Positions 1 through 13,407 of a stretch of DNA of 64,000 nucleotides are shown piece by piece (within the stretch, counting starts at the first letter, position 1; each line of letters starts with the position of its first letter). Origin of the DNA: Octopus vulgaris (Eukaryota). Made by a program: the position numbers and the translations under genes. The stretch lies in the NCBI GenBank assembly GCA_951406725.2, contig OX597816.1, positions 3,286,001 through 3,350,000 on the forward strand, read 5' to 3'. Below the pieces are notes generated by a model. That model saw nothing but the letters and a program-made list of their open reading frames with translations, was not told the DNA's origin and ran no database searches.

Positions 1-43
1 GACAAAAGATCAGTTGAAGGACGTTCAAAACGGTTGTTGTATA

Positions 44-1373
44 CGTGGTCTGATCAATAAGTATCCGGACTGTTGCTATAGTAACGAAGCTAAAGCACGC
101 AAAGTAAAGCCGCTTGGCACAGATTGACCTTGACCTCTCTGTTGTGCATGCGCACCAAGTTTTAACGTTCTAGCCCACATCCGCTGTTTACAGCAGTGCT
201 TGCAAGGAACGTGTGTAGCGTGTGATCATCGCATTGACCATGACAAAGAATGTCGAGCAGAGAATCTGCATCAAATTTTGCCAAACAACTTGGCGGTAGC
301 TGCTCAGAGACCTACGCAAAGTTTTTAAAAAGTGTATAGAGAGGAATGTATGATCCGAAAAAATGTCGATATTGACGAACGCTCTGGGAGAGCCGCAACC
401 AGCAGAACTGAGAAAACCATTGCAGATATGCGTACAGCTGTGAGGGGAAATCGTTGAATCACCATCCGTGAGTTATCAGAGGATGTGCAGATTAGTTACG
501 GTTCTGTTCAATCCATTATCACTGAAGAAACCAATTCTACTCTATGACTCAGAAACCTGGACGTTATCAAAGAAGCTTGAGAGGCGGTTGGATGGAACTT
601 ACACTCGCCTCCTTATGAGAGCTCAAAATCTCTCGTGGAAGCGTCATCCAACCAAAGTACAAATATATGGGAAATTACCACCTGTATCATCTCTTGTGAA
701 AGGTAGAAGATTCCAGTTTGTTGGACATTGTTGTAGAGCTGAAAACAAGGTAATTTCTACTCTTCTCCTCTGGAAGCCATCTGCTTGCGATACCAGAGGG
801 CGCACATTCTCCTACCCTGATGTAATCTCCAGGGATACAAGCATCCAGCAACAGTACCTCCGTAATGCTATGATGGACCGTGACGTCTGGCGTAACATAG
901 TAAATTCCATTGTCTCAACCCCGGCCAAACAATGATGATGATGATCATTGAAGATTTGGGTACAAGACGCGTGTCTGCCAAATTTGTGCCAAAACTACTT
1001 TCAGCTGACGACGTACCTGCCCATTCAGCGCGGCTTGTCCAGCAATTTTTGGCTAGGCACAGCATTCCCCAGGTCCGACAGCCACCGTATTCCCCAGATC
1101 TCGCCCCTTGCGACTTTTGCCTCTTTACAAAAATCAAGTTCCGCTTGAGAGGAAGATTTCAGAACGTCGAGGAAATCAAAGTGAATGCGTCGAGGCAGCT
1201 GCTGATTATCCCAGAAAACGAATTCCAAGAATGCTTCCATCAATGGAAACAACGCTGGATTAAGTGTGTGGCTTCCGAAGAGGACCACTTTGAAGGTGAT
1301 AAACTAACAAATTGGTACGTGCTGTAGTTTTGTTTTTATAGCACTAGTCCCTATACTTATTGATTAGACCTCG
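44..1373 (+). mobile_element. Mariner (DD34D-type) DNA transposon, defective, interrupted by a LINE
   Basis: About 28-bp TIRs (cgtggtctgatcaataagtatccggact / agtccctatacttattgattagacctcg) flanked by TA at 42-43 and 1374-1375. Transposase remnants: MTKNVEQRICIKFCQ from 240, EDLGTRRVSAKFVPKLL, PPYSPDLAPCDF, FHQWKQRWIKCV. Frameshifts are present and the region carrying the first two catalytic Asp is deleted. Confidence 0.93.
529..943 (+). mobile_element. 5'-truncated RTE-type LINE 3' end inserted in the mariner
   Basis: ORF text ILLYDSETWTLSKKLERRLDGTYTRLLMRAQNLSWKRH...AMMDRDVWRNIV is a typical RTE C-terminus. (ATG)n tail; target duplication atcactgaaga (518-528) / atcattgaaga (944-954). Confidence 0.88.
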
Positions 1374-2119
1374 TATGTTAAAATTCTCACAGAACAGTTA
1401 CACCGAATTATTGGCATGAAGTAAAAATAGTTATCTTTGATAGAAATACAAAGCTCAATGAGAAGAAAAGAGGAAGGAACGAAGGAAGAAGGTGTGCCGA
1501 TAATCTTTTACAGCTATTTCAAGAATAGCTGCGCAGATGGTGAGTTTCCCTGAAAACGATCGCCAGTCAACGTTGTATCTGCGATCTGTTCCATTATCGG
1601 AAGAATACTGAGAGAGAGAGTCTTAGTAGGAAGTGATGCTGACGGTGGAATGCAGAAATCGGTGAGTTTAAAAGAAGAGAGACAGAAAAATATAGTCATA
1701 AGCATAGGAAGTAATTGATGTATTAAGTTTGTGAGTTTAACTTAAATACGTAGACGGAAATGGTCAGTGTTTGTATGGGTAGGGAGGGATTCTGAGCGGG
1801 ATGGCGTGAAAGGGACCATGTGTAGAATAGCGACAGCGAATGGGACAAGTAAATACACATATAATTAGATAGGAAGGTATATAGACAGTTATATACACGC
1901 ATGTACGCATATATTGACAAACGTACTGTATTCTCTTAAAAAGGTGTAAAATTGTTCCCACAAAATCGCTTCAGATACTTTTTCAAAATCTTCGTTTTAA
2001 GTTGAAAAAAATGTCCAGAAAGGAAGAACTGGAAGCAATGCCACGAGCCTCGGACTTATTTCTCTGAGGTTATGAATTCATACGGTGGGGGTGGGGTAAG
2101 TGGGAGTCATAACATTCTT

Positions 2120-2500
2120 TGGAGTAAAATGATTTCCATAGCGACACTCCGGCCACGGTCAAGCTGTTGCATAAACCTTCTACGACATTACAATTGGGAG
2201 TTGCTACAGCTGTTCCTCTATTCAAATCTGGCTGCCGTATATCTCGACATTGCGAAGGCATTAAACAATGCCGAGCAGGGAATGATGGCATGGACTCTTG
2301 TGACCCCGGTGCAAGTGCAAACTAGCAGAGTGGCTGCATGACTTTCTGACAGAGAGAGAGAGAGGGGGGGCAAGCTGTTGCAGTCTGTCTTTTCAAAGAA
2401 TACAATAATTATGAACGGAGTCACACAAGGGACTGTTCTGGGGGACATTGCGGTTCGTAGTGGCTATTAAAACCGTGCTCTCGGTTAAACGAATAACCTC
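2120..2500 (+). mobile_element. Highly degraded CR1/L2-group LINE reverse transcriptase fragment
   Basis: Decayed RT motifs in correct order: RPRSSCCINLL (cf. FRPGRSCLTNLL), AVYLDIAKA (cf. VYLDFAKAFD), GVTQGTVLG (cf. GVPQGSVLG). Confidence 0.65.
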
Positions 2501-2585
2501 ACTTAATAGCTTTTCTGACACACAAAAAAATATCGAAAGCAACCAAGATATCAAAAACGCCCCGGGTAACATAATACGATATAGA

Positions 2586-2795
2586 AAGCGGCGACCTGTT
2601 TGAATCGTTACGGCGCCGGAGAAATTGCTTAGCAACATTTCTTCTGGCTTGAGGTTCTGAGTTCAAATACCACCGGCGCTGACTTTGCTTCTCATCCCTT
2701 CGAGCTCGATAATATAAGTACCAGCTGAACACTGGGGTCTATGTCATCCCCTTACACCCTACCCCTAAATTGTTGGCCTTTTGCCAAAATTCGGA
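2586..2795 (+). mobile_element. tRNA-derived SINE family A, diverged copy
   Basis: Head gcggcgacctg...gaatcgtta, B-box gagttcaaatacc, body taagtaccag...ctggggtc; same layout as cleaner copies at 40718 and 54284. Confidence 0.7.
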
Positions 2796-2805
2796 ATCAA
2801 TATAA

Positions 2806-3204
2806 TCTTTATATATAAAAGTCAAGTTGTGTGTCTGTCTCCTACGATTTAGATTCCTAACTACTCCCACATTTTGCGGTGCAGTTTAACCAAAACCGGA
2901 TATCTTATAGTCGTGATTCATATCGAGCCCTTCTGGGTATTAGCGCGCGTCTACGATGAGTCTACGATTAAAAAAAAAATTTACCATAATTTTTTTCCAT
3001 TTTAATGCATTTTTTTCGGTATTATATAAGGGATGTAACTCTCTAAAAATGTCTACGATGAGTCAACGGTTAACAAAAAAAATTACCATCATTTTTTTTC
3101 CATTTTTAATGCATTTTTTTGCTATTTTTTTGCTATAACTCTCTAAAAATGCTTATATAGTTATTTCCCTTACAAACCCGAGCAACGCCGGGCGATACTG
3201 CTAG
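2806..3204 (+). mobile_element. Non-autonomous Helitron (internal type 1)
   Basis: 5' TC and 3' CTAG, inserted between A (2805) and T (3205); subterminal hairpin cccgagcaacgccggg about 10 nt before the end; no TSD. Confidence 0.8.
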
Positions 3205-3231
3205 TATCATATATAATAAAATATATTTTTC

Positions 3232-3650
3232 CAGACATCATTCTGTGCTGGTCCCGGGCGCACATCATCAGTGATGGTTCTTGGGGTCATTAGCTGTTTC
3301 GTGTTTTTCAACGCCGGACACTCTCACGCAGGCGTCCCAGCTGGAGTTTATCGAGTTAGTTATCGTAGCACTGTCCCTTGACAGGGTTTAAGTTTCCTGA
3401 TATAAAGCCATATTTGCCCCCTGTTATGTTCATCGTGTTGTAAAGACTGCAGAGGGACTGACCTGCAAGCATTCTGCATCTCATCTCGGTAGGATTAAAC
3501 CTTGCTTGCCACTTATTGCTTTGGCATAGCCCCGGCAGCTCACCATATTTCCTTTTCTTCCCCTTCATTCGCTTCCTCGGTTGGGTCTTCCCAGCGAGCG
3601 GAGAGTTCTAACAAAATCACTTTCTTCGATGCTTCTGGCATCAGCACCAA
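3232..3650 (-). mobile_element. Hero-like (restriction-like endonuclease) non-LTR retrotransposon 3' fragment
   Basis: Minus strand reads SKKVILLELSARWEDPTEEANE / KKRKYGEL...WQARFNPTEMRCRMLAGQSLC (cf. LELTVPWEE..EEA.ERK..KY..L...GW.....EVGCRGF.GQSL), followed by 3'UTR tgacccc...catcactgatgatgtg. Confidence 0.7.
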
Positions 3651-3810
3651 CCTTAATACACTGTAATATATATAATATATATGATATCATTCATAGGCAC
3701 AGGCGTTGTACCTTGGGCAAGTGTCTTCTCCTTTAGTCTCGGGCCGACAAAGCGTTGTGAGTGGATTTGTAGACAGAAATTGAAAAAGACCCATCATATA
3801 TATATACACG

Positions 3811-3879
<69 letters not shown>

Positions 3880-3902
3880 GTATGAATGTATGTATGTGCG
3901 TG

Positions 3903-3944
<42 letters not shown>

Positions 3945-4429
3945 GTATAAATAATATATATATGCATATATGGGTACAGGACGTCACCAACTGTGTGAAC
4001 AACATGAAATGTGAAAACAAATGAGTTAAATACGCAAACGAGAGGAAAAATGGAAAACAGGACAAGTAATGCAAAGAATACAAAGAACAGCTCTTCATCA
4101 GTTGTCGGCTGTCAATCTGCTTCCCATTTCGAGCAATCAACAACAATATGAACATTCAATGTACATTTTTATCATTATTCTTTTACAAAAAACAATGCAA
4201 TTTTTTTTTTTCCCCTTTCTAATTTTTACAAAAAACTTCTTAAAACATAAATATTTTTGACAAGACATACAATGACGAAAACCGGTTGAATAAATATATA
4301 TTTATATATTTTATCATTTTCTCATTTTATTAAAATTTTCTTTCATTTGAGCATTCTGCATTTTTAAAAAAATTTTTCCTTACTTATCATTTCTCCACGT
4401 GCGGTCAATACAACCCCACCATTTATTGA

Positions 4430-4670
<241 letters not shown>

Positions 4671-4759
4671 ATATAGAGGTAGAATCAACAAAAATGTACT
4701 CCATCCACTAAGAGATGAATATCACTTTACTACACACCCGAAAGAGCTACTAATATAGA

Positions 4760-5042
4760 TGTGTGTGTGTGTGTGTGTTTTTGTGTCTGTGTTTGTCCAT
4801 CCCACCACCGCTCGACAACTAGCGTTGGTATGTTGGTATGTCCCCATAACTTAGCAGTTCGACAAAAAACCCCGATAGAATAAGTATCAGGCTTAACCAA
4901 AAAAAAAAAAAAAAGAAAGAATAATAAATTAAATAAATAAATAACAAGTACTGGGGGTCGATTCATCCGGCTAAAAATTATTCAATGCGCTGCCCCAGCA
5001 TGGCCGCAGTCTAATGACTGAAACAAATAAAATAAAAGATAG
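4760..5042 (+). mobile_element. SINE family B, 3' half
   Basis: (GT)n, then tgtcccc.taacttagc.gttcg...gatagaataagta...cagcatggccgcagtctaatgactgaaacaa, matching the full copy at 36797-37200. Confidence 0.8.
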
Positions 5043-5363
5043 ATAGCATGATATATATATGTGTGTGTGTGCATGTGAGTGTATGTTTAAATCTGAGCGT
5101 GTTTCTGTGCTTATCCTTGTGCGCGCATGTCTATACATGCATGTGGACGCTATTAATATACTCGCCAGACTAATGTCGTTAATTAACTCTAACAAAAGCA
5201 GACATTTTTTTCATTTTGGTGGATGTGGAAAGGCTGCCATGTTGTTGTTTATTGGCCACGCTTGTTCTTTTCGAGAATGGCTTCTGTGAAAACTCCCCAC
5301 TGGTTTTTGTCATTTGTCCCCAGTAACATTCTCTCAACCGTAGCCCGAGTGCACTAATAAAGA

Positions 5364-5419
5364 ATCATCATCATCATCATCATCGTCATCATGACCATCA
5401 TCATAATCATCATCATCAA

Positions 5420-5454
<35 letters not shown>

Positions 5455-5645
5455 ACATCATCAACGTCACCACGACCACGACCATCATCACGACCACCAC
5501 GACCACCACCATGACCACCACGAAACCACCACCACCACGACCATCACCACCACTACCACTCGCACCACCACAATACCACCACCACCACCACAATACCACC
5601 ACCACCACCACCACCATCATCATCATCGTTGTCGTCGTCGTTGTT
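5364..5645. repeat. (CAT)n/(CAC)n compound microsatellite
   Basis: Directly visible trinucleotide runs. Confidence 0.95.
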
Positions 5646-6342
5646 GAACATTTTGGCAACGACTCCGTGATTTATTTCTACAACTGTTAACATTGGCCTG
5701 GAATAGAAACATTAGTGTACCGAAACAGCAGTGACTACAGTGAATTACTAGCAGAAGCTGGGTAGTCGAGGGATTAAATCACTGGACTTTTTCCTTGCAA
5801 ATGACTCGTGTGTTCAATCTGTTGCAAGTTTAGAAATGTTTGTTTATTTTTTTTACGAGGAACAGAAAAAAATTCGACTGTTAAGCGCATGCGCATATTA
5901 CTCATCTGCTTAAACCCTGCGAAATTTATCTAAGTACAAGCTTTATAAACACTCAGTAGGAGACTTCAGAGGTATTTTCAGTCAAACGTTAGGGGCTGAG
6001 CGAATATATAGATTTTGTCAATAGTTTCGTTGAAGACTTGTCGTTGTTGTTTACCTCCCACACAGTCTTCATTAAACAAATGTATGTTTAAACGCGTTCT
6101 ATTCGTGACCATCCATCTTCTGTTTGTTATCAAGGAATGAATTATCCAATGTATTCTTCTCTGTCTAAAACAGTAGGATCTGATTGGAAAGAGATTTGGC
6201 TGCTGTTTCTAGCAGGTCGAGAACCATGTAGAGACTCCTTACTTTGCTAGTGTCTTTGTGTTTTGTTAAGGGAACGGAAGACAGAACTCTTTTAAAGTGC
6301 GTCGAATGATTCTTATCGTTAGAACTGCTGCTGCTGCTGCTG

Positions 6343-6403
<61 letters not shown>

Positions 6404-7129
6404 ACAAGTGATTTCAGCCATTGCAATAAGAGCTCCCATTCGATTGGAAGGCTGTAGGATATTGATTTCTAATCCAGACTCTTTAAAGAGATTAAAAGAT
6501 AAAGTTGCGACGCTAATTCTGACGATCCGAGCTCGAGACGTAAAGGGACATAACTAGATGTTTAGTGCACTCCGCTGACATCAGTAATAGTGATTCATGA
6601 CATTGTTACGACGTCGTAAATGGATCAACGGGTGGGGTTTAACCAATCAATTTGGCTGGAATACTTAACTTGGACTTATTTAAGCGACATCAGGATCGTT
6701 AAAAACAAGTTGATCCCGTCGAAATTTGAACTGAGATCGTAAAGTGTCGTAACTAAAATCTTATAAAAGCATTTTGCTCAGCGTTCCGATGTTTCTGCCA
6801 TTCTCTGCATTGGTAACCAAGAGTTTTCTTTACGTTTCTTAGGACCAAAAAATCTGCATTAGAAAGTTCCAGGTTCTTCTCCTGGCCCTGATAAGGGTTT
6901 CTAGAAGACTAGCAATTACCCATACCCGTAAGTGTCCCTTCTCCAAGAGAAAAGCAGGTAGCAATAGAACTCGGGTCCCAGCAAGGTCGCAGGCGTTGCT
7001 GCTAGAATGCTTAGAGCTGGAATAAATACTTCAAACCTGTCGTATGTCCAAATTTGGCCAAATGTGTTTTATTCAATATTTAATTTTGCTTGCGATTGTC
7101 GGTTCACTTGGCCAAACTATCGTATCTTC

Positions 7130-7595
7130 AGCTACCTCAGATGAAAATTGTTCTCGAAATGCGTCTCGAAACAAACTGATAGAAATTTCTCAAAAATCCG
7201 TTATTACCGCATTGGTCCCAATTTCGGGGTTAATTCATAAGAATTTTCCCCTCTTCAGCGATAAATACGTAAGACATAAATGAAATACTTACTCATACCC
7301 ATGGAAAAAGCAAACACTAAGTCCTGAGCAGACCTAAGTACCCCAAATATATCCAAAATAGAAAATCTTCGGCAAGTCTCGAGACACGTGTGATTCGAAC
7401 TAGGTTTGTTTCGAGACGCATAAGTTATAATGGTTATTGACAATTTTGTCTTTTTTTCGGCATGTTTGGCATTAGAATTTTTGTTTTGCCCTTATCTTGT
7501 AAATTATTTATAAATTTAACCTTTAAAGGTATTTTTTGATATGCTGGCCATTGATAATTTTTATTTCTCGGAAAAATTTTAGCCTACATTAGTTA
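7130..7595. mobile_element. Penelope-like terminal relic with internal inverted segment
   Basis: atgcgtctcgaaacaaa (~7160) is inverted at ~7405; 7413-7595 is homologous to 47795-48040; abuts a TA/CA tract. Confidence 0.5.
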
Positions 7596-7604
7596 TATAT
7601 ATAA

Positions 7605-7650
<46 letters not shown>

Positions 7651-7651
7651 G

Positions 7652-7684
<33 letters not shown>

Positions 7685-7899
7685 CTTATATAAACGTATG
7701 TATGTATGTACGTGTGTGTGTGTTCCCCTACCACCGCTTGATAACCGGTGTTGGTGCGTTTATGTCCCTGTAACTTTGCTGCTCCGCAAAAGACACCGAT
7801 AGAATAAGTATCAGGCTTAAAAAAGAAGAAAAACAAATGCTGGTGTGTGTGTGGGGTGGGGATCTATTCATTTGACTAAAAATTCTTCAGGTGGGTGCT

Positions 7900-8557
7900 G
7901 AATGATTGAAAGAAATAAAAGAAAGAAAAAGGCAAAACAAAGATAAAAAAGAAATGAAACTAAAAAGAACCAAACAATTAGAAGAAAAGGGAAAAATTGG
8001 AGAGAAAGAGAGAGAGAGAGGGGGGTAAAGAAGAAGAAGAAAAGAAGAAGAGGAGGAAGAAGAAGAAAAAAGAAGGAAAAGAAGAAAAAGAAAACGAAAA
8101 GAAGAAAAAGAAGAAAAGAAAAAGGAGAAGAAGAGGAGAAAAAGGAAAAAGAAAATGAAGAAAAGGAAAAAGAAAAAGAAAAAAAGAAAAAGAAAGAGGA
8201 GGAAGAAGAAAAAGGAAAAGAAGAAAATGAAGAAGAAGAAGAAAAGAAGAAAAAAATAAGAATAAGAAGTAAAAGAAAAGAAGAAATGAAGAGGAAGGGG
8301 AATAGGAAGAAGAAGAAGAAGAAGAAAAAGAAGGGGGAGGAGAAGAAGAAGAAAAAGAAGGAGGAGGAGGAGAAGAAGGAGAAGAAGAGAAGAAGAAGGA
8401 GGAGGAGGAAGAGAAGAAAAAGAAGAAGAAGAAGAAGAAGAAGAAGGGGGAGGAGAAGAAGAAGAAAAAGAAGGAGGAGGAGGAGAAGAAGGAGAAGAAG
8501 AAAGAGGAGGAGGAGGAGGAAGAGAAGAAAAAGAAGAAGAAGAAGAAGAAGAAGAAG

Positions 8558-8590
<33 letters not shown>

Positions 8591-8618
8591 AGGAAGAAGA
8601 AGTAAAGGAAGAAGACAT
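7900..8618. repeat. About 700-bp polypurine (GAA/GAG)n tract
   Basis: Directly visible; source of the poly-L/S/F/R pseudo-ORFs. Confidence 0.95.
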
Positions 8619-9329
8619 AAATCAAGGTGAATTTGAATCGGTGTTCGGTTGTTGCATTGTGGCTTTTCAGCCGGAGATGAAATATGTGGATTCATTCCAG
8701 CAGTTGACACCCGAAGGATTGAGAAAAAATGATTGTTTCAGTTGTTTTGTGGAGAGTCTACGTCGACGTTTTACGGATGACTGACTTGAGCAAAGAAAAA
8801 AGAAAAAAACACTCGCTCCGTGTTCGTTGTAAGCAGTTGTTAGACGCAGAAACCTACCTTGTTGCCCAAGAACAACACGGAGAGAACGACAGCGAAATAA
8901 CAAAAAACACACAAAGATGGCGGACACTCGGGAAGAAAAGTTTTAAGAAAATTGTTTCGAGGGTTTTTGCTTTATACCTTTTGTTGTTGTTGTTGTTGTT
9001 GTTGTTGTACTTGTTGTTGCTGGTGCTTGTGGTGAGGGTGGTGGGGATATGTTTTTCAGTTTTTTTAAATAAATGTTTTTAAATATTTCTATTAAAAAAA
9101 ATACCTCATTTTTCTTCCAGTTTTAATTACCGTGTATTCGTGTGTGTGTGTGTGAGTGTGCACGTGTATGTGTGTGTGTGTGTATGTGTGTATGTGCACC
9201 ATCATTCCCTTCGTTTTCATTGTATCCTTTCTTTTTCTTTTCAATTCCCTTCCTTTCTTCCTCGCGTTGCTCCTTTCTGTCTGTCTGTCTGTCTATTTAT
9301 CTCTTTCTCACCTTCTCTCTCGTTCTCTA

Positions 9330-9362
<33 letters not shown>

Positions 9363-9738
9363 ATTTATTATCAAAGTTTCGTTGATACTGGTTATCAAAA
9401 ATCGTCACGAGAAACCTCTATCGGCGAAACTTCATAGCATGCAGTTACTATCAATGATAAATCTTATGTTGACACACTACAATTAGTATTGAATCCTTTA
9501 TCCACTGTATATTTAGAGTTCATAAACAAAAGGCGAGCTGGCAAAATCGATAGAACGTCGGAAAACGGCGAAGCAGTTTTTCTTTTGATTCTTTACGATC
9601 TTTTGCCAAGGCTAACCTTGTTCCAGGGTCGATAAATAAAGTACCAGTTATTTTTGATTTCAGTACCCTCCCGAATAATATGAGAAGTTAGAGAGATCGG
9701 ACGCGAATTTACTGTAAGAGATTTAAAAAATTTCCCAA

Positions 9739-10335
9739 ATCCATCCATCCCTACCTATTATTCCTGTGAGGGCCGTCGGGGGTAGAGTCCTCAGGCATCT
9801 ACTTCTCCATTGGGTCCTCTTAGAAGTGACCCTTATTACACATTCCAGATGAATTCCCAAGCGTGATCAACTGAAACTAAGGATGTGGTCCGACCTTCTC
9901 ATTCTTAGTCCATGCCCAGGTTTCTTGCTAGTTGAATCGGCTCCAAGAATCTGTCTTTCGATCCTTCCCTTACCACATTCTAATCACGTCTGTGATCCCG
10001 GCTTTGTCACCTCTTAATGCAGAGAAGTAGCGACTCAACCTGGAGAGACTCTCGGATTGAGCCACGCACCATTTACTCCTGAAACCATTCGGATGGATCA
10101 CATTTCGGCCGCTTGCATTTGTGATCATACTCTTTCGGTTATTACCATTCACGACAATAAGTGAAGGAAGGCACAAAAACCGCATTAAAGATAACAAGTC
10201 CAGCTTTTTTTATATCAACCTCCTTCTCCTGAAGATCGAATACTGGAGCTGGTTCTTTACTGCACCATCACTTGCAATTCTCGCATCCAATTCAGCCTTG
10301 CGTATTCCATCCCTCTCAGATACGGTCTCAGATAC
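9739..10335 (-). mobile_element. RTE/Expander (Rex3-like) LINE, 3' part
   Basis: Minus strand reads FKYL..., DGIRKAELDARIA, ESLQVESLLLCIKR (cf. EELGVEPLLLRIER), LRTLPP (cf. LRLLPPRP), then a (GATG)n tail at 9739-9750. Confidence 0.75.
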
Positions 10336-10665
10336 TTAAAATTCTTCACTTGTAGGTATTGGACTTCGGCAAGAATGTGCATTGCCACCCCTCCTTTTTA
10401 TAATTGTTATGAGCAGGATTGACATGCGCAGCCGTTCTAGAAGTGGTGTCACAATCGTTGGGTGTAAGATCGGTCGGTTGATATTCGCAGACGACATGGT
10501 GCTACTCGGTTCATCAGAGAACGATCTCCAGCATGCAGGGAATGGTTTCCATGCCGAGTGTTGCAAAGGCAAGAATGAGAATTAGTCTTGCGAACACTGA
10601 GACATTGATTCCCTCAAAAACAAGTATTGGAACTCTGCATGCAAGTGGAACATCAGTGTAACCAA
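10336..10665 (+). mobile_element. RTE LINE RT core (inverted 5' part of the adjacent element)
   Basis: GLRQECALPPLLFIIVM...LIFADDMVLLGSSENDLQHA...FHAEC...MRISLANTE, i.e. the RT QG and YADD-type motifs. Confidence 0.85.
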
Positions 10666-10744
10666 GAGAAAGAAAAAAAAAACCCTTTTTTTTTAAATAT
10701 GGAAGACTGGAAGAGAAAACGTTTAGGAATAAAACCTAAGTCCA

Positions 10745-10955
10745 GCGGAATTTCCCCCAGAAATTAGCAAGCGGAAATACAAGTTGATGTCCTTTAGGAT
10801 AAAGGCGGGGAATCTGTGAGGGCCCACGGCCGAGTTGTGTTTTATTTCATTAATTGCCACAATGATAACCGTTCTTGCGAAAGTTATGTTCGGGAGGATG
10901 TATTTAGGATTTACTTCAACAATACTGGCTAAGTCTACCGTGTCAGGATGGGTGT
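10745..10955 (-). mobile_element. CR1-group LINE fragment (pre-RT region)
   Basis: VAINEIKHNSAVGPHRFPAFILK (cf. AI..L...SA.GPDG.PA..LK). Confidence 0.55.
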
Positions 10956-11109
10956 CCACACAGTTTCTATTGGTAGTAGAAGACATTTGCTCAAAGTGGC
11001 GAAGTGGGATTGAAATTGCGGAACACAGAACCCCGCGGTTGCGAAGCAGACTTAACCACTCAGCCATACACAATCGCAAGCAAACACACTCACACACACA
11101 CACACACAC

Positions 11110-11182
<73 letters not shown>

Positions 11183-11734
11183 CAAACTTATGGAATTAAA
11201 AATGAAAACGTATGTGTTGTCTTTAAGATACTTTGATATTTTATCTTTTGTTATGAACAGGACAGCATCAACAACAATAGCAACAACAATGATGATGATG
11301 GTGATGATGATAAGGATGATGATGATGACGACGGAGTGCAGTATGTCATATATTCAAACATATCTAATCTTCCGTATCCAAGCGAGAACAGAAGAGAATA
11401 GTTAAAGAAAAGATAAGAAACTGGTCGCCATTGTTGTTATGGTGCGTCGATTGTGTTGTTGGTCATCTAAAGATCTCCTCAGATGCTCGAAATAATTGTT
11501 CAGAATTAATACTAAGAAAAAAAACATATATATATATATATATAAATCACAGAAACATGAATAAGCACACACACACACACACACGCACACACACAAACAC
11601 TCATCGTAACACACAAAAGGCTCATTTGTAACCAGTAAGCATGACGAATTCATATTAAGTGAATACAAACGCATACAAATACATAAATACGCGCATATGT
11701 ATGTGTGTGTTTGTATTTATGTATACACATATAC

Positions 11735-11958
<224 letters not shown>

Positions 11959-12802
11959 GACGCACACATATGCATACACAGTCAAACGAACACGGTATGA
12001 ATGGCGTATCATATCAGTTGTGTCGCTAGACACTTGCAGTTGATGACCACATATTTAATCAGTAGATCAACCATTTCACCAAATTTTGTAATCCACCAGA
12101 ACACTTTACAACGTCCAATGCTTTTGCAAACGTCGTTATTGAAACAATTCATTTTATTGAGTCAACATCTTGTAATCAAAACGGTACCCTACCTCTATTG
12201 TATGTCCTGCTTCTATTGTATACCGTATCTCTATTGTATGAACGAACAATCTTTCTGTTAGATCTTGTCAATACAGATAAGAAACCTGGTGTATGTTTGT
12301 TGTCCGTGGACAGGCCAAGATCACCGTATCAACCTGCCCTCTTTAATCCTTTCGGGAATCTCAGAGAATGTTTAAGTCTGGTGTTTGATGCTCCATTTCC
12401 TAATGACAAACTGTGGAAATGTTAATAAAGATATATGTATGCTTTTGTTTCGCGGACTTGTTTACGGAAAAAAAACGCTAAAAAGCTGTGTAAGCGATCT
12501 TGCCCTTCCGTGAAGTACAACAAAGCTTTGAACACATGCTGCGGAAAAAGAAACAAAACAAAAAAAAGACAAAAAAAAAAAAAGAAAAGGAAGAAAAGAA
12601 AGAAAAGAAAGAAAGAGGAAGAAAAAGAGAGTTTCTTGCAAAACGTTGTTCGCTCGTCCATTTAACCTCAGCCTCGTAATGAGATCAACATATTGTGTCC
12701 GATTCGACAGACGAATTCTTTACTTCACACATTTGAGGTGTTTTACAGAAATTTCGAATCTGACACTGATCCCAAATAATTGTTTCAATTTATTGCCTCA
12801 TT

Positions 12803-12838
<36 letters not shown>

Positions 12839-12893
12839 TTATGCAGTGGGGATCAAACTTTTAGGACAACCCTGCTATATGGACATACATACA

Positions 12894-12929
<36 letters not shown>

Positions 12930-13139
12930 TCATATATACATACATACATACATACACACACACATACATACATATGCACAGACATATACACATACATACG
13001 CACATACATACATACATACATTCATACACACATACATACATACATACATACATACATACACACGTACACACACACACACACACACGCAAACGTATATACA
13101 TACATACGTACAGGTATACTTACACGTACAAACATTTCT

Positions 13140-13355
13140 TTTCTTTTCTATTATTTGCTTCAGTGATTCGACTGCGGCCATGCTGGAGGCACCGCCTTCA
13201 AGAGTTTTAGTCAGACGAATTGACCCCGGTACTTATACTTTAAAGCCTGGCACTTATTCTATCTTCCTCCCTTTTCTGAACCACTTAGTTACAGGGACGT
13301 AAGCACACCAACACCGATTCTCAAGCGGTGGTGGAGGACAAACACAGGCACAAAG

Positions 13356-13407
<52 letters not shown>

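Noticed and set aside
7044-7283. 79-aa ORF with signal-peptide-like start
   Set aside because: Overlaps a repeat relic with an inverted segment; no other gene evidence.
7868-8710. Long ORFs (280, 243 and 215 aa) and Arg/Lys-rich ORF
   Set aside because: Translations of a (GAA)n tract; no domain content.
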